Below are positions 37,201-49,719 of a stretch of DNA of 64,000 nt, in pieces. The notes below the pieces were generated by a model. It saw only the letters and a program-made list of their open reading frames with translations, did no database searches and was not told the origin of the DNA. Both the position numbers and the translations under genes were made by a program. Position 1 is the first letter of the stretch. The number at the start of each line of letters is the position of its first letter. The stretch spans positions 62,001-126,000 of the forward strand of contig JAKMXF010000321.1 in the NCBI GenBank assembly GCA_024704765.1, in the 5' to 3' direction. Origin of the DNA: Oopsacas minuta (taxonomy: Eukaryota; Animalia; Porifera).

Positions 37201-40200
37201 CTCACCTGTACTTGTTTTAAAAACAATTCCCTCCAATTTGGTAAGAATTGGACCAATAGCCCTATACTTCCGTGTCAATAGGCACATAGTTTCGCTCCTA
37301 TTCTGCTCTATAGTGTCAAAAAATGATTTCGCATCCGGGGGGCTACCATCCAGCTGAGGGGAAGCTCTCACAAATAAGACCGCTTCTGAGATTGTACGTA
37401 CCCTCATTGCAATCTCATCTGAACTTTTCATAACCTATACTCAAAGTATCATATGGTTACCATGGATACATCCAGGAATGTGTCAACAAATACCTGAGTA
37501 ACAAATGACTCAAAAGTGCTGAGTCCCTCTTCACACCTGTTGATATAATCTGAGATGGCTAAACTGTTCCAATTGTGTCGCTTTGAACCTGGTCTGATAA
37601 TTTTCTGTAAAATTCTAACTCTTTCCTCTAACAACAGAAACTCGGGTTCTGGTACTGAGTACATCAGCTGATTGTATCTCCTCACACATCGGTCTAAACC
37701 ATCTCTATACCTAACCGGAACTAACTGAATTAAACCAGAACTATAGACTCATAACAGAGCATTACAACTCTTCTAAGTTACTGGTCATACACTTGGATAT
37801 ATGAATATGGAACTAATTATTTATAGGTGTCATAATATGGAACTAACTTTATATAGCTGTCCTCCTGCAGAGCGACATTCCTAGCTAGTTCAGGAATGTT
37901 ATAACCCAGCTGTTCTAGATATTTAGTCTCTTGAATTATTTCATTCAGCTCAGAAGCGAAATTAACGATAAACACCTCTGATGGGGCAAGAGGCACAAAA
38001 CCTGTCTCATCGGTTTGATCCCCCATGACCGAGTGTAAGAGACGATCTTTACTTGGGGAAATTAGTTCCGTTCTATCAGGCGTTAGTTCCAGTTCAGCTG
38101 TCCTTAATATAGTCCTTTTGAGATATGAAGCTAGATGAAGTTCTTGAATATCCACCCAATCTTGATACAAATTATCTTCGTACTCTTTCATAGAGCGAGC
38201 GATGACCAAATATTTATTTTTAGCCACTCTCCCTCTGTCACTATCTATCAGGTCTTTCATGGCCTATAAATATATTGGAACTAACACTCATAGTTCCATA
38301 AAGAACATGCATACCCCTTCAGGTCAAATTATGGTATCAATACCCTTGGATATGATATATATACATAACTAACACTTATAGTTCCATATATACCTGGAAC
38401 TTAAGTACAGCATGCTTAATCTTCTGGAAGAGAGATCTACTCCAATGAATAGCACCTGCTATCTTAGGAAAGCTCTTATAAATAGGCGGGTGATCCTTAC
38501 GTCTAAGGAACAGCTGATTAATGGTGTCTAGCTCTTTCTCGAATTGAGACAGAATCTCTCCAAACTTTTTCATTAAAGTATTCTTAATAGCGCCACGTGA
38601 CCCGATATTCTGATACTTCTGCAGGAGATCAAATGCCCCCTCAGAGGAACGGAGGGTGCGGAATGACTCGTCAATAAACTGGACAGCTTGTTGCTCCATT
38701 TGCTCAACATTACTCTGGAAAGAGGCCATCAAATTCTGCCAATCAGATTGCTTGTTTGGGTCAAATATGTCAAATCGAACTATCTCAAAAGGTGTGACCA
38801 AGTTGTTTACTTTTGTGCGAACTTTATCAATGCTCTTTGATTCTCCTAGAATATACATAATTAAAAAGCTAAACATCCAAACAGTCAAATATTCATATTT
38901 CTGAACTTTATATGAGAACTGTTGTTTCAAAAGGTGACCATATGGTTTGTTAATCAAACAGTTAACACAGCTAAACGATTACACAATGAAACGGTTAATC
39001 ACCTGTAACAGCTTTCAGATCGTCTCCGAAAATATTAAAGAACTCCTCCATGGTCTGAGACAAGGTGTGAATATCTTCACAAATGCCAGACATGTAATTA
39101 GTAACCTTGAATAGCTTAGCTCTATCAAATTCCCATCTAGCATCTCTACCAGAATTTTCTATCTTAGCTCTTACATCCATATAGGAACTAAACCATAGTT
39201 CCAGTGTCTGTTTAGCATCTGTTGTTAACTGAAGAGGTTTATAAATATGTAAATAACAACAAAATATGAAGGAAAAATGTAAACAATAATAATAATAACA
39301 ATTGAATGGGAGAAATAGAAATGTAACAATCAATATTTTTGAAATGTTTACGAAGAAATTCTTCCCTAGCAACGAAAGTTCATCTCTAACGAGCAAAGGA
39401 ATGCGGTATATATAGGTTCAATAACCTCTTTATCTCTAACAAAACAACAATAAAAGGTGTGAAAATATGTATCTACCTGTTTTACAGTTCCCAGCGTATG
39501 TGGGCTTCTGTTCTTAAACAGGAACTTAATATTTAGAGTAGCTTGTATCTTCTGAGACAATTGCCAAGCTATCCTCTCCATTAATGGAACCATCTGATCG
39601 TCCCTATTAAAATGACGAGAGATTATCCAAACCATCCTCAGAGCATTCATCATGGGAGGAATAGAGTCTTTTATTAACACGAAACTCTTGCCTACATGGT
39701 TTCAGTTCCAGTTTAATATGGAACTTAATATCACCGTAGAAATATATGTCTTATACAGAATGATGGTGTAAAAGACATATAATATTATAGTTCCATATTA
39801 TAACACTTACCAGCAGTTATATTCTTGAAGTGTCTTTCAAGTGTCATCAGAAATCTAACATTGTCTTTAGCTTCTACATACATTTTCCCTAAATCTGATT
39901 TATTGGAGTTGAATCCGACAAGAAAGCCAGAATCTACAGATCGAAGTAATTCCAAACACGATTCAACCTAAACAGTTAAACAATTAAACAGCTGAACAGT
40001 AACACTATTAGGCGCTATAACTTTGGTTCCTGATTATACACCAAAACTTAAATAAATAGCCAAACAATCAAACAGTAAAATTTATTAAACTCCATCTGGG
40101 GCAATTAATGTCTCATCCATGGTCCGTATAATATAATAAACTGGTCAATAAGTGTCCGCTATGTCAGGTGGCAGTTATTGTGCGTTGCAATGGTTACCTG

Positions 40201-41951
40201 CACAAGTTTGATCTGTTCCCACATACTGCTAATTACTCCATTCCTCTCCTTCCAGTACTCAATCTCAGACAGGGGTCCTGACCCCTTCCTGTCCATATCA
40301 TTACATTTAATTATGACAGAGTGTATAGATTGTGTCCAGTTAGTGACACATGACTCCACTCGCTCCAGGGTGCGTGGGTCTCTTGAGATAGTTCCACTTC
40401 CAAGATTAGGGATATCTGGTAGTTCTAGTTTGATTTCTCCTTCCACCTGCTGAATTGTTTGATGTATTTGCGAGAGGAACTTCCTCACATTAACTACAAG
40501 ATCATCTCTAACCACGCGACGAGTTGACCCTAAAGAATGTATAGTTACACACAGCTGAACTTCTTATCGAGGTGTCAGGAAGCATTTGATCTGCACCCCA
40601 CTTCAGGATACACCATAGTCTACTAAAGATAAGGCTGATCACTGAGTCAATTTCACTGGACCAGGGATAAAAGAAAGTGGATATATTTGATGGGAAATTC
40701 TGTAATCGCCAATAATATGAATAATATCCTGTGGACTCCTTGCTGTCCTCTGTGGACCACCAAATGGACCATGGGCCCCAGGTTGGGAACAGCTGGTTTT
40801 CTGTTGTATAGTATTAATTAATAAATACCTGACAGGATTTCAGAAATTAATTGAGGCTGATTAGGATCTCCTCCAGTCAAGCTATGTAGAGATAGAGAAC
40901 TGACAGTCCTTGAGGGCTGTTTGGAAGATGATACATTATTTTGATCTGTTTGGCTAGCTAAACAACAACAACAACAAATAAATATATGACAATATTAAAC
41001 ATAAGGCTACTGTTAGTTGTAAACAGCTCCACCACTTGCATCAAGGATGCCAGTCACATGAATATTGTCAGTATTCAATTACAAATATATTCACTAACTA
41101 ACGGGTGAATAGTAGTGACAGACCTCCTTTAACACGCAAAATTAACAATTCAGAATTTGATAATTCTCCAAAAATTAGACACTTTGTATTCTAACGTCAT
41201 AACATAATGAGATATGAAATATCGCTGCTCGTATGCTATGATAGACATCATATGGAGCTGAAACAAGTTCGTCATTAACAGTGCCTAGAAATAAAACAAA
41301 CAACAAACAAACAAACAAACATACTTACCAACAGCTCCAGCCTGGAATAGAGGCAGATACACATGTGTCAAAATATTCTCTAACGCTTTCAAACTATTCC
41401 CAGGAATAGATCCGTACTCAAACATTTCTCCCATCAACAGCTTAGCTTCTGATTGGCTGGTTACAGCTGGTATTGAGTGTGATATATTTGGTATAAAATA
41501 CACTACATTAGCATACGTGAGGTCTTCTGTAATATCTCTGATACACATCTTAAGAGTAATCACATTCTTTACATCTACAAACATTCCAACGCGTTACCTA
41601 GCAACATGGTTACTGCTCGGGGGACCAGGAGAGGGCACTGGACGTGACGGCCCTACCTAGTAACCAAATTTATGCTAAAATATGTAACTAACCTCCATTT
41701 GATTCATTCGTAGAATTCCTGTGAACATTTTGATTGCAGGAATTAGCGTCATAGAAAACAACAGCTGACATTTCTTCTAGCATTCCATTCCTGTTGTCAA
41801 GGTAATCAACCAAACTGACGCCGATATTTTTATCACATTCCAACATATCCAAGAATCGTGCGTCTCCATGGCAACCAATCAGACATGAAACCATTTCCTT
41901 AAACCACCAAACACGGAGGTCTGTTGTACAGAGCTCTGTGCTAGTTGGCAT
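19254..41951 (-). CDS. DNAH10: Axonemal dynein heavy chain 10 (inner arm I1/f alpha), multi-exon, apparently complete
   Basis: Exon 1 41951..41693 ([28 protein letters not shown]) resembles the DNAH10 N-terminus. Exon 2 is 41574..41329 and later exons encode the tail ([23 protein letters not shown]). A ~4-kb exon near 33680..29640 has P-loops [16 protein letters not shown] and GETGTSKT; AAA4 GVGGSGKQS is near 29070. Stalk, AAA5 and AAA6 ([22 protein letters not shown]) follow, and the C-terminus [17 protein letters not shown] ends at 19254. GT-AG junctions checked at several exons keep frame (e.g. 27012, 37847, 23030/20629, 19600/19547). Confidence 0.93.
19838..20001. mobile_element. Tigger-like MITE, left end truncated (same family as 55631-55781)
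   Basis: Shares GTCT.CCAAAACGGACACTCCGA.AAGC.GACAA with the 55631 element; right TIR GGAGACTCCACTG followed by TA. Lies in a DNAH10 intron. Confidence 0.7.
21100..22371 (+). CDS. Coiled-coil + NHL protein (423 aa), nested antisense in a DNAH10 intron
   Basis: Intact single-exon ORF with NHL motifs ([26 protein letters not shown]). Paralog of 42146-43405. Confidence 0.88.
   Translation: MANYNAPGIAPVDDIETRINQLFDGLFLRLHQRRLTLIAAYHDLRDDKAARPLTRINKFEQLVGLKAETERRLQLNELRELQERVLADIEQELEELNTPQPETHIVFRAQSEPLEELIAGLGEVLELEIAPIVPKYDNMRQVVAVGEYGRAPGELLDPHTITVDPNTNNIFVTEGELFGSHVRISIFSEKGYYLDSFTHQDMECPYGIAIHGEYVYITDTEVDAVFCFKKRNDYSLITKVGIKGTQIGEFSFPYSLSVSSTGDVYVADYGNNRIQILNSSLVYMRNLTEQEIRKPRDIKLTADEVYVLCEDNPCVHVFSHTGGRLRSLISMGSQMEITVPYLFCLDSAGNILISDRFSKAIKIFSKEGNHIQTIQVEVQEDRTWPNRNKFSSPFALALTNELNLVVLSNFSQFSLRIFSCMNL
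22588..22710. mobile_element. hAT (Charlie-like) MITE, 123 bp
   Basis: TIRs CAGTGGTTCTCAACC and GGTTGAGAGCCAGTG; flanks CTTTAGAG and CTTTAGAA (7/8 TSD match). Confidence 0.85.
24010..24110. repeat. Dispersed repeat shared with about 62800..62926
   Basis: CTCA.TGAGGGGTGTAG.C.AATACCAACGAGGTAAC.ATGGAAACTGG.ACAT.ACACGTCA...GTTGGTGAATATATT...TTATGTCCCC is present in a DNAH10 intron and in a myosin RLC intron. Confidence 0.8.
29350..29430. repeat. Dispersed repeat shared with 35005..35083 (two DNAH10 introns)
   Basis: TAACTGATG.AATATGTTACT......GTTTGG.ACCATATTTGTACAA..TCACACTT.GATA..AGCGGGTA.TTCTAT in both introns. Confidence 0.8.
41593..41605. promoter_or_regulatory. RFX X-box-like motif in DNAH10 intron 1
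   Basis: GTTACCTAGCAAC fits GTNRCC(N0-3)RGYAAC. A second X-box, GTCTCCATGGCAAC, lies at 41862-41875 in exon 1. RFX control of axonemal dynein genes is established in other animals. Confidence 0.55.
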
Positions 41952-42145
41952 AATTACAGATTAGTAGTTCTATATGGAACTAATTAGAGAACTGAAACTA
42001 CTAACGAATTCATAAATTTGTTGTTGTTGTTGTTGTTGTGTGTATACTTAATGTGTATTGTATGATACTACAGGAAATTGTAAAGAATGATTTTGGTTGT
42101 TAGGGAAGTGAATTTTCTAATCGAATAAATTACAAATATGAAATA

Positions 42146-43405
42146 TTACAAATTCATACATGAAAATATTCTGAGTGGAAATTCAGAAAAGTTAGACAAA
42201 ACAACTAAATTGAACTCTTTTGTTAGAGCTAATGCTAAAGAGGTGGAGAAATAAAATATATATTGCTCATCTTCCTCTTGTATAGTCCGTATATGATTTC
42301 CTTCTTTTGAGAATATCTTGATATCTCTCGTAGTCCAATCACTGATAAGAATATTCTTTGTTGGGTCCAGACAGAAGAAACAAGGGTCAGTAATTTCCAT
42401 CTGGCTACCACTTGATATAAGAGAGCGGAGTCTCCCTCCTGTGTGAGAGAAGACATGGACACAGGGATTGTCGAAACAGAGCACGTATACCTCATCAGAT
42501 GTTAGCTTGATGTCAAGAGGTCTCCTAATTTCCTGTTCAGTGAGGTTACGCATATAGATCAGAGAACTGTTGAGGATTTGGATTCTATTGTTACCAAAAT
42601 CTGCCACGTATACATCTCCGGTAGAAGATACAGAGAGGCTATAAGGGAAGTTAAACTCTCCAATCTGAGTTCCCAGAATCCCTACCTTAGTGATTAGAGA
42701 GTAATCATTCCTCTTTTTGAAGCAGAACACTGCATCTACTTCTGTATCTGTGATATACACATATTCCCCGTGTATGGCTATACCGTGTGGACACTTCATG
42801 TCCTGGTGAGTAAAGCTATCTAGATAGTCTCCTTTCTCAGAAAAGATGGAGATACGTGCAAGTGATCCGTAAAATTCACCCTCTGTAACAAATATATTAT
42901 TGGTATTAGGATCAACAGTGACATCTTTAGGATTATACAATTCACCAGGAGCTCTCCCGTTCTTCCCAACAGCTACCACCTGTCTCATGTTATCATACTT
43001 AGGTACAACAGGTGCTACCTCCTCCTCCTCTAGGACCTCTCCCAGTCCTGTAATAAGTTTCTCTAGGGGTTCAGATTGTGCTCTGAATACAATATGGGTC
43101 TCAGGTTGGGGGGTATTTAACTCTGCTAGTTCTTGCTCGATATCAGCAAGCACTCTCTCTTGTAGCTCTCGAAGCTCGTTCAATTGGAGACGACGCTCCG
43201 TTTCGGCCTTCATACCGACCAGTTGTTCAAACTTGTTTATGCGGGTGAATGGTCTGGCTGCCTTATCGTCACGCAGGTCATGATACGCGGCAATGAGGGT
43301 TAATCGTCTCTGATTGAGGCGAAGAAACAAACCATCGAATAGCTCATTGATTCGTATCTCGATATCGTCTACGGGGGCTATTCCTGGGGCGTTATAGTTT
43401 GCCAT
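42146..43405 (-). CDS. Coiled-coil + NHL protein (419 aa), 194 bp upstream of the DNAH10 start codon
   Basis: Intact single-exon ORF with NHL motifs; source locus of the nested copy at 21100-22371. Confidence 0.88.
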   Translation of the reverse strand: MANYNAPGIAPVDDIEIRINELFDGLFLRLNQRRLTLIAAYHDLRDDKAARPFTRINKFEQLVGMKAETERRLQLNELRELQERVLADIEQELAELNTPQPETHIVFRAQSEPLEKLITGLGEVLEEEEVAPVVPKYDNMRQVVAVGKNGRAPGELYNPKDVTVDPNTNNIFVTEGEFYGSLARISIFSEKGDYLDSFTHQDMKCPHGIAIHGEYVYITDTEVDAVFCFKKRNDYSLITKVGILGTQIGEFNFPYSLSVSSTGDVYVADFGNNRIQILNSSLIYMRNLTEQEIRRPLDIKLTSDEVYVLCFDNPCVHVFSHTGGRLRSLISSGSQMEITDPCFFCLDPTKNILISDWTTRDIKIFSKEGNHIRTIQEEDEQYIFYFSTSLALALTKEFNLVVLSNFSEFPLRIFSCMNL

Positions 43406-43995
43406 TTATTGTTATTTGTTTCTAATAATGAAAACAGAAAAAAGTTATTGAATTGCTATAAACAAATATTTTTGTGTCTTATAAGTCCTAACTAAACTGT
43501 GACATCTCTAGTGTCACTAATGTCAATCTAATTATTGGATAATGAAACTAAACTACAATTATTTCCATAAAAGGAATTTTCTAGAATTATAACTGGAACT
43601 AATTGGCATTTTAAAGTGATCTAACCTAACACCTCCTATATTCTAATAGAATTATATTAAAGTTATAATCTTGTGACACAATTGCTGCCACAAATTCTAC
43701 TGAGTATATTCCTGTATTACTCCATGTGTGTCACAATTAATTGTGTCCTCGACACAATTCAAAAGGGATACTAACATTCCATAGATTGATTGAGTATTTC
43801 TTAATTCCATACTTAGTGACTCAGTCACACCTTTTGTTTCAGAACTAAAATCGCTCGAAACTATTTATATTCCAATAATTATTCAATTCCAGTAATCTAC
43901 AGTCGGAAAAGTAAACAAATCGAAAAGAAAGGTAGCGGGCTATTAGGCAATGATCTTAGCAACAACGCTAATAAAACATAATAGTCAACAACCAT

Positions 43996-44265
43996 CAGGG
44001 GCGGATCCAGGATATAATCTCAGGGGGGGGGGGGGGCATGTTGAGAGCGTAGCGAGTTATCCCTAAGGGGGGTTTGGGGGTCAAACCTCCCATAAAATTT
44101 TCAAATGTTATAAGCTGAATAGCGAACTACAGATATTTCTACTCCCTCTGGAGGAACCATTTAAGGAATTGTATCTTATTAGTTATTCATTTTGAGACAG
44201 AAGATTAGATCTCAAAATCTCAGGGGGGGGCTATGGCTCCTCCTACCCCCCTGTATCCGCCCCTG
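43996..44265. mobile_element. hAT-type MITE, 270 bp
   Basis: TIRs CAGGGGCGGATCCAGG and CTGTATCCGCCCCTG; flanks ACAACCAT and ACAACTAT (7/8 TSD match); internal poly-G tracts. Confidence 0.85.
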
Positions 44266-44464
44266 ACAACTATTGAATGCAATATTGTAGCTCAGGTCCA
44301 AATAAACATAGTTCTGAAAACAAATAATAGAATATTTCATTTCCAAATAAGTATAACAAGTACAGTTTGTAATAATCAGGTTCTTACTATTGGTATTACT
44401 CAGGTTAATATCAAATAAAAATTTTATAGTCTGAAGGTGTTAGTATTAACGCTGTTACAATGTA

Positions 44465-44503
44465 TATCAGTTCCTCTAGGGGTTCGGATTGCCCTCTGAA
44501 TAT
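44465..44503 (-). pseudogene. Relic fragment of a third paralog of the 42146-43405 NHL gene
   Basis: Minus strand encodes [13 protein letters not shown] versus [13 protein letters not shown] (34/39 nt identical to 21415-21453). No surrounding ORF in that frame. Confidence 0.7.
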
Positions 44504-44738
44504 GATAAGGGCTTCATGCTGGGGTATCCCAAAATCTAATGTTTTCTATTATGCCATGTATTTCGTTACTAACTTGTTGTGAAGACAATAAACAAACAAA
44601 CAACTTGTAAACAATATCATAAATATAGATAAATATTTTGATAAATAATAAAATATTTGTAGAATATTGTAAATACTAAAATCCCAAAAATAAGTAAACA
44701 CAAGAAATATTAGTAAACAGTAAAGTGACAGGGTTACC

Positions 44739-47700
44739 TCATGCTTCCACACTTTTACTTGAAGTGGCAGAATAGTGCCACATTTTCTGGCCACAATCTA
44801 ACACCTCTTTGTACTTTGTTTCTAGAATTTGATTTTCTTTTTGCAACTTTTTGATATTCAAATCCCGCATTTTTATTGAAAGTGTCTTTTCGTTTAATTC
44901 AGTTTCGATTTCAGAGAATTTGGTTTGTAACTCTAATTTATCTTTTAAGATAGTTTGATGTAACTCATCAGCTGTTTCCTTCCATTGGCGTTCTTTCTCT
45001 AAAGTGGCTTGTAGGTGTGTAATCTTGTCCTCAAGTGATGTGACACTCTTTTCACACCTTCCTTTTTCTTCGCTAATTTTCTCTAAAGAACCTTCCAACT
45101 TTGAGATCGATTGTTTCTTTCGTTCTTCCATTCGTTTGTTAGAAGATTCCAATTCACCTTCTGCGCTCGACAACTTCCCAAGGAGGTTCACAATATCACC
45201 ATGCATTGTGTCACAAGTGCTTTGCATAGTTTTATACTCGCTTTGCCACTTTTTACACTTTTCATGTTCACGGACTGTCTTAGCGCGCTCCGATTTCAGA
45301 GCAGACTTAGCATCAGCTATGGACTGTTGGAATGTTGATAATTGTGTCAGCTGTTGTCTATCATTACCTTTGAAGTGGTCTAACGCCTCTCTTAATAAGT
45401 GGCATTCCTTTTTAAGGACACAATTTTCAATATTAGCGTCTGAATACAGTTTTTTGCATTCATTATATTGTTTGGCTAAATCAGCTGTTTTCTCATGACT
45501 CGCTAGGATAAGGTGATGATCAGTTTCTAATTGATTGTAAGTGTCAGTTAAATCGTTTAGTTTCAGTTCCAATTTGAAGGCTTTCTCGTCAGATTTGTCT
45601 TTTTCCTTATCGAGAATTGTTTCCGACATTTTTATATGGTCCAATTCCTGTTGTCGGTTGTTTAGAAGTGTCCCCATCTCTGATAATTCTCTTTCACGTT
45701 TGGAGAGGGTCTGTTCCAAATCATCAGCTGATTGTTTAGAAGAAATCAGCTGAGATAGGACACTTTTTAGTTCAGATTTGATATCACTTAGTTCCAGTTC
45801 TAATTGCGTTTGAGATCGCCTCAGCTGTTTGTGTTCTTTCTGCTCAATTTCTAAACTATTAATTACTCTATTTAGTTCCAGTTTCAGTTTGTCGCTATCA
45901 CTAGTCATACCCTTCAGCTGATTGGTCTGATCCCCTGTGTCCCTCCTCAAGGCATCAATTTCCAGGTTTAACACTTCAACTTGTGAAGCGAGTGCTGATT
46001 TTGAAATTTCCAGAAATTCGATGGTTTTCTTGTTTTCTGTTTTTGAGGTGACAATAGTTGTCTCTAATTGGTGGATTTTGTTTTCAACCAATCGTCTTTC
46101 GTGCATTGCTTGTTCTTGAAAACTGAAAAGTTCATCAGATTTTTCCGCCAATTTTTGCGACAATTTTGCCACTTCTGATGACGTAATTATCGCCTCTTTA
46201 TTCCCAGATTCCAGTTTGGATTTTAAGCCAATCAAATCCCGTTCTTTGTGAGAGAATTTCACCTGTAAATCTTCAAGTTCTTTCGATTTTTGAGTCAATT
46301 GTGAGAGTGTTAGTTCCAGTTCTGATTTGTTCTTAACGTTTAGTTCTAATATGTTAGAAGTTTCGCCACGTTTATTATCAATATCTTCTTTCAACAGCTG
46401 ATTTTCATTATACACAATAGATAGTTCATCTTTTAGTTCTGATATCTTACATTCCAATTCCATATTTCGTCGTCCGGAGCGGCCCTTGTGCTCGTTCCAG
46501 CTCTCAATCAGCTGTTTATTCTCACATTCCATTTGACTCATCCTTGACAACAAATCATTATTATAAACATCAACTTCGTCACGTTCCTTTTGTAAATTTT
46601 CAAGCGACAATGTCAAATTCTTAGTTTCATTTTCAATTTGCTTTTTCACATTTTCACTTTCGATTAATTTATTTTTCACACCTTTTAGTTCCAGTTCTGT
46701 GTTATTAATTATGTCATCATAATTATCTGTAATCTCTTGCATCTTATTTTCATTCCCAGAAATCGAATTTTTCAATCTATTTATCTCATTCTCTAACGAG
46801 TCATTCTTTTTGGAACTAGAGGTGTTTGATAGTTCCAGTTTGTCTCTGAGTGCTTTAACTTCCTCTCTAGTGTGTCGTAGTGTCTCTTGAAGCGACACAT
46901 TCAGCTCTTGAGCATTCATTAACACCTCTTCCTTGTGTGCTACTTGGTGTTTCAAATTTTCGATTTCAATTTCATATGTACTCATTTGCAAGTCAAGTTT
47001 GTGTTTACCTTTTTCTTCTGTTAACGCAAACAACTCTGCTTGTGTACTCAATTTCTTCTTCGCCTCCTGGAGAACCTCTATGTCACCTTGGAGGGTCGAT
47101 ATCTCCCCTTTAAGTTCCTTAATCATATCGTCTCTCCTTCGACAACCATCCTCAGCTGTTTTCAGTTGTATAGTTAGTTCTGTTTGCTGTCTGCTATTGG
47201 AATTAACACGTGTCTTCTCTGAGTCCAATAGGTGTTGGTTCCGGTTTAATTCCTGTGATAGTTCCAGTTTCAAATCATTGACGTTAGTTTCAAGCTCATT
47301 CCGCTCATTCTTCAAGCTCTCCAGACTGGATTTAAGTGAACTGAAAGATTTTGAAATCGTATCTTTCTCAGATTGTAATCTCTTAAGTTGTCCTTCATGT
47401 GTCACATTCAACACCTCTGTAGAAGTGGATTGTGTCTTGAGTAACATACGTAATTTCTCCAATTCCTTTTCGTATTGTGTCGCTTGTACAGATATTTGTT
47501 GTCGCAATCTTGTCTTATCTTCCTCAGATTTCTTTTGTAGAATTTTAATATTTTCTTTGTATGTTTCTTCAACCATAGAAATATTGATATATTTATTTCC
47601 GGTGTTTATAGCAATGCGTTCAGCTACTGTCTCGTAAACAAGTCTCTTCTTAACGATCGCCTCCTCGATTGATACCAACTTGTCATCAAGGCCCTGTCTC

Positions 47701-48640
47701 TTAGCAGAGGGGGATTCCCTCTTTCGTAACTCAAACTTAGCCTGATCCACTTCATCTTGTAAATTTGTAACCTTTCGCTCCTGTCGATTTAGTTCTGTTT
47801 GTATTTTCTGTTTTTCTTTAATAAAGAACGTTACCATTTCCTGCACTCCTGCTCCAGAGAGGTGTTGGTGTCCCTCTGTTATCAAGAGTCTCCTGGCTGA
47901 CCTAACCTCATCGTATAGTGCATCCTTCTCTGCATCTGTTTGGATAATCTGTAGAGTATAAGAAAATACACAAAATAGTCCAATTTGGCCCAATTATAAT
48001 TATATGTCTTATACTCATAGATTCGAAGGAACTCTCAATCTGGGATCAATTGGGCCTCGGTGTTACCCTGACGATAGCAGAAGATCACAGGATCTCAATA
48101 TTTGTTACCCGTGTACACCTGTGGTTTATCTAGGTAATTGGTGGCGCTTAAAGTGTCGGTACAGAGGTCATAAATGACACAAAGTGCTGCACATGAGAGC
48201 TAGAGGATCAAAATGTTACCGTCCAAAAATGGCCAATGGACCCCCCAATTTGTGAACCGCTAGGGGATCAATATTTAACCTAAGTTTGGTAACAATTATC
48301 ACACCTGTTGTTTAATAGCATCATTCTCAATTTCCAGTTCTCTAGACAACTTATCTCTCTGCTCACTCAGATTTCTAATATGAGCCACATAGCTTTCCAC
48401 GGCTGCCATCTCATCCTTGGTTTGTTCCCTTAGGGTAGCACTTTCATTCACGGCACCTTTCAAAGTGTCCTCTGTTCGTTTTAGCTTTCTCCATAAATGT
48501 TTGAGTTTCAATTCATCTGTCGCGGATAAAGCAAGGCCGTCTGTCATGAAACATTCGTTTATTAATGACATTTCATCTCCTGGGACATTCCCAGACCGTG
48601 GACTGGTTGTTAAGGTAGGTATCTTAGAACGTTTCGCCAT
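44739..48640 (-). CDS. Long coiled-coil protein, CCDC30-like N-terminus; exons 48640..48305 and 47948..44739
   Basis: LKHLWRKLKRTEDTL..EMAAVESYVAHIRNLSEQRDKLSRELEIEN resembles the CCDC30 long-isoform N-terminus (from memory, needs a search). A phase-0 GT-AG intron (48304..47949) precedes about 1070 aa of heptad-rich sequence. The 3' end could splice further at AG|GTGTTAG near 44805. Confidence 0.7.
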
Positions 48641-49719
48641 GCCAGGTTTGTAACTAAGCAACCATTAAAGGAATGTACAAGTAGCTAATAAATACAGTAG
48701 ACCGGTTAATCGGGATAACACCATTATCCCGATTAATCCAGTCAAAATGCCCTGCTGGTCCCGATGTGACACTATTAAGAGGAGTCTACTGTATGTAAAT
48801 AGCAACACCTTAATAATACATACGTATAAGGGTAAGGGCCGGAATTACCCTGGAGTGGCCCAAAGGCTGGATCATACAAGTGGCCCGAAACATGGTCGAC
48901 ATTGGTTGGTGCCCTCCCAAATTTCAAATATTTTACAAACTAGAAAGTGCCATATTTTACAGTGCAGGGGTCTCTGCCAATATTGGGTTGGAATAAATGA
49001 CTGACCTGAAGTGGCATGATGGCTAATAAGAGGTCAAGTAGATAAAGAGCAAGGATAGTGACCGATCTAATAGGGTTATACTTGCTCCCTTCCCTTGGAA
49101 AGTAAACAAACAAACAAATAAATAAATAAATAAATAAATATATCCGGATTAGTAATTAAGAAAAATGATTAAAGATAACCCATTAATAATTATTATCATT
49201 TACGGAGCCAACTTTGTCCAAGAGGAGACCTATTGGGGATCAAATATTGGTCCAAAATATACCCAAATTGGCCAACGCAACATAACGACGTAGCAACGTA
49301 ACGCAGCATTTACGTGTAATGTATCCCGTAATAGCCACATATTATAGTACCTCAAGTTTGAATTTTTTAGAAATGTGTCGTTTTATTTGTCAAATAAGCA
49401 ATGATTTGGTGAACAAACCACTTTTGACACTCAGTGGACTTTAAATTAATACAACTTAACGGCTACAGGGTGTGAATTAATGATGGGGGTTCATTCACCA
49501 TATATGATTACTTATTTCTTGTCAAATAGAGAGATACATTTCTAGAATATTTCTCCTTTAAATAGGAGAGATAAATAACTAGGCAGTACTTCGTATCTTC
49601 TTTGCCATTCAACTACGAGCAGCCAACTACTTCGGAGATACCATTGGCATACATTGAAATGGAAACGGCTAATAAACCATTCATTAGCGCATGTGAATTT
49701 GATGCCCTGGAGATGATTC

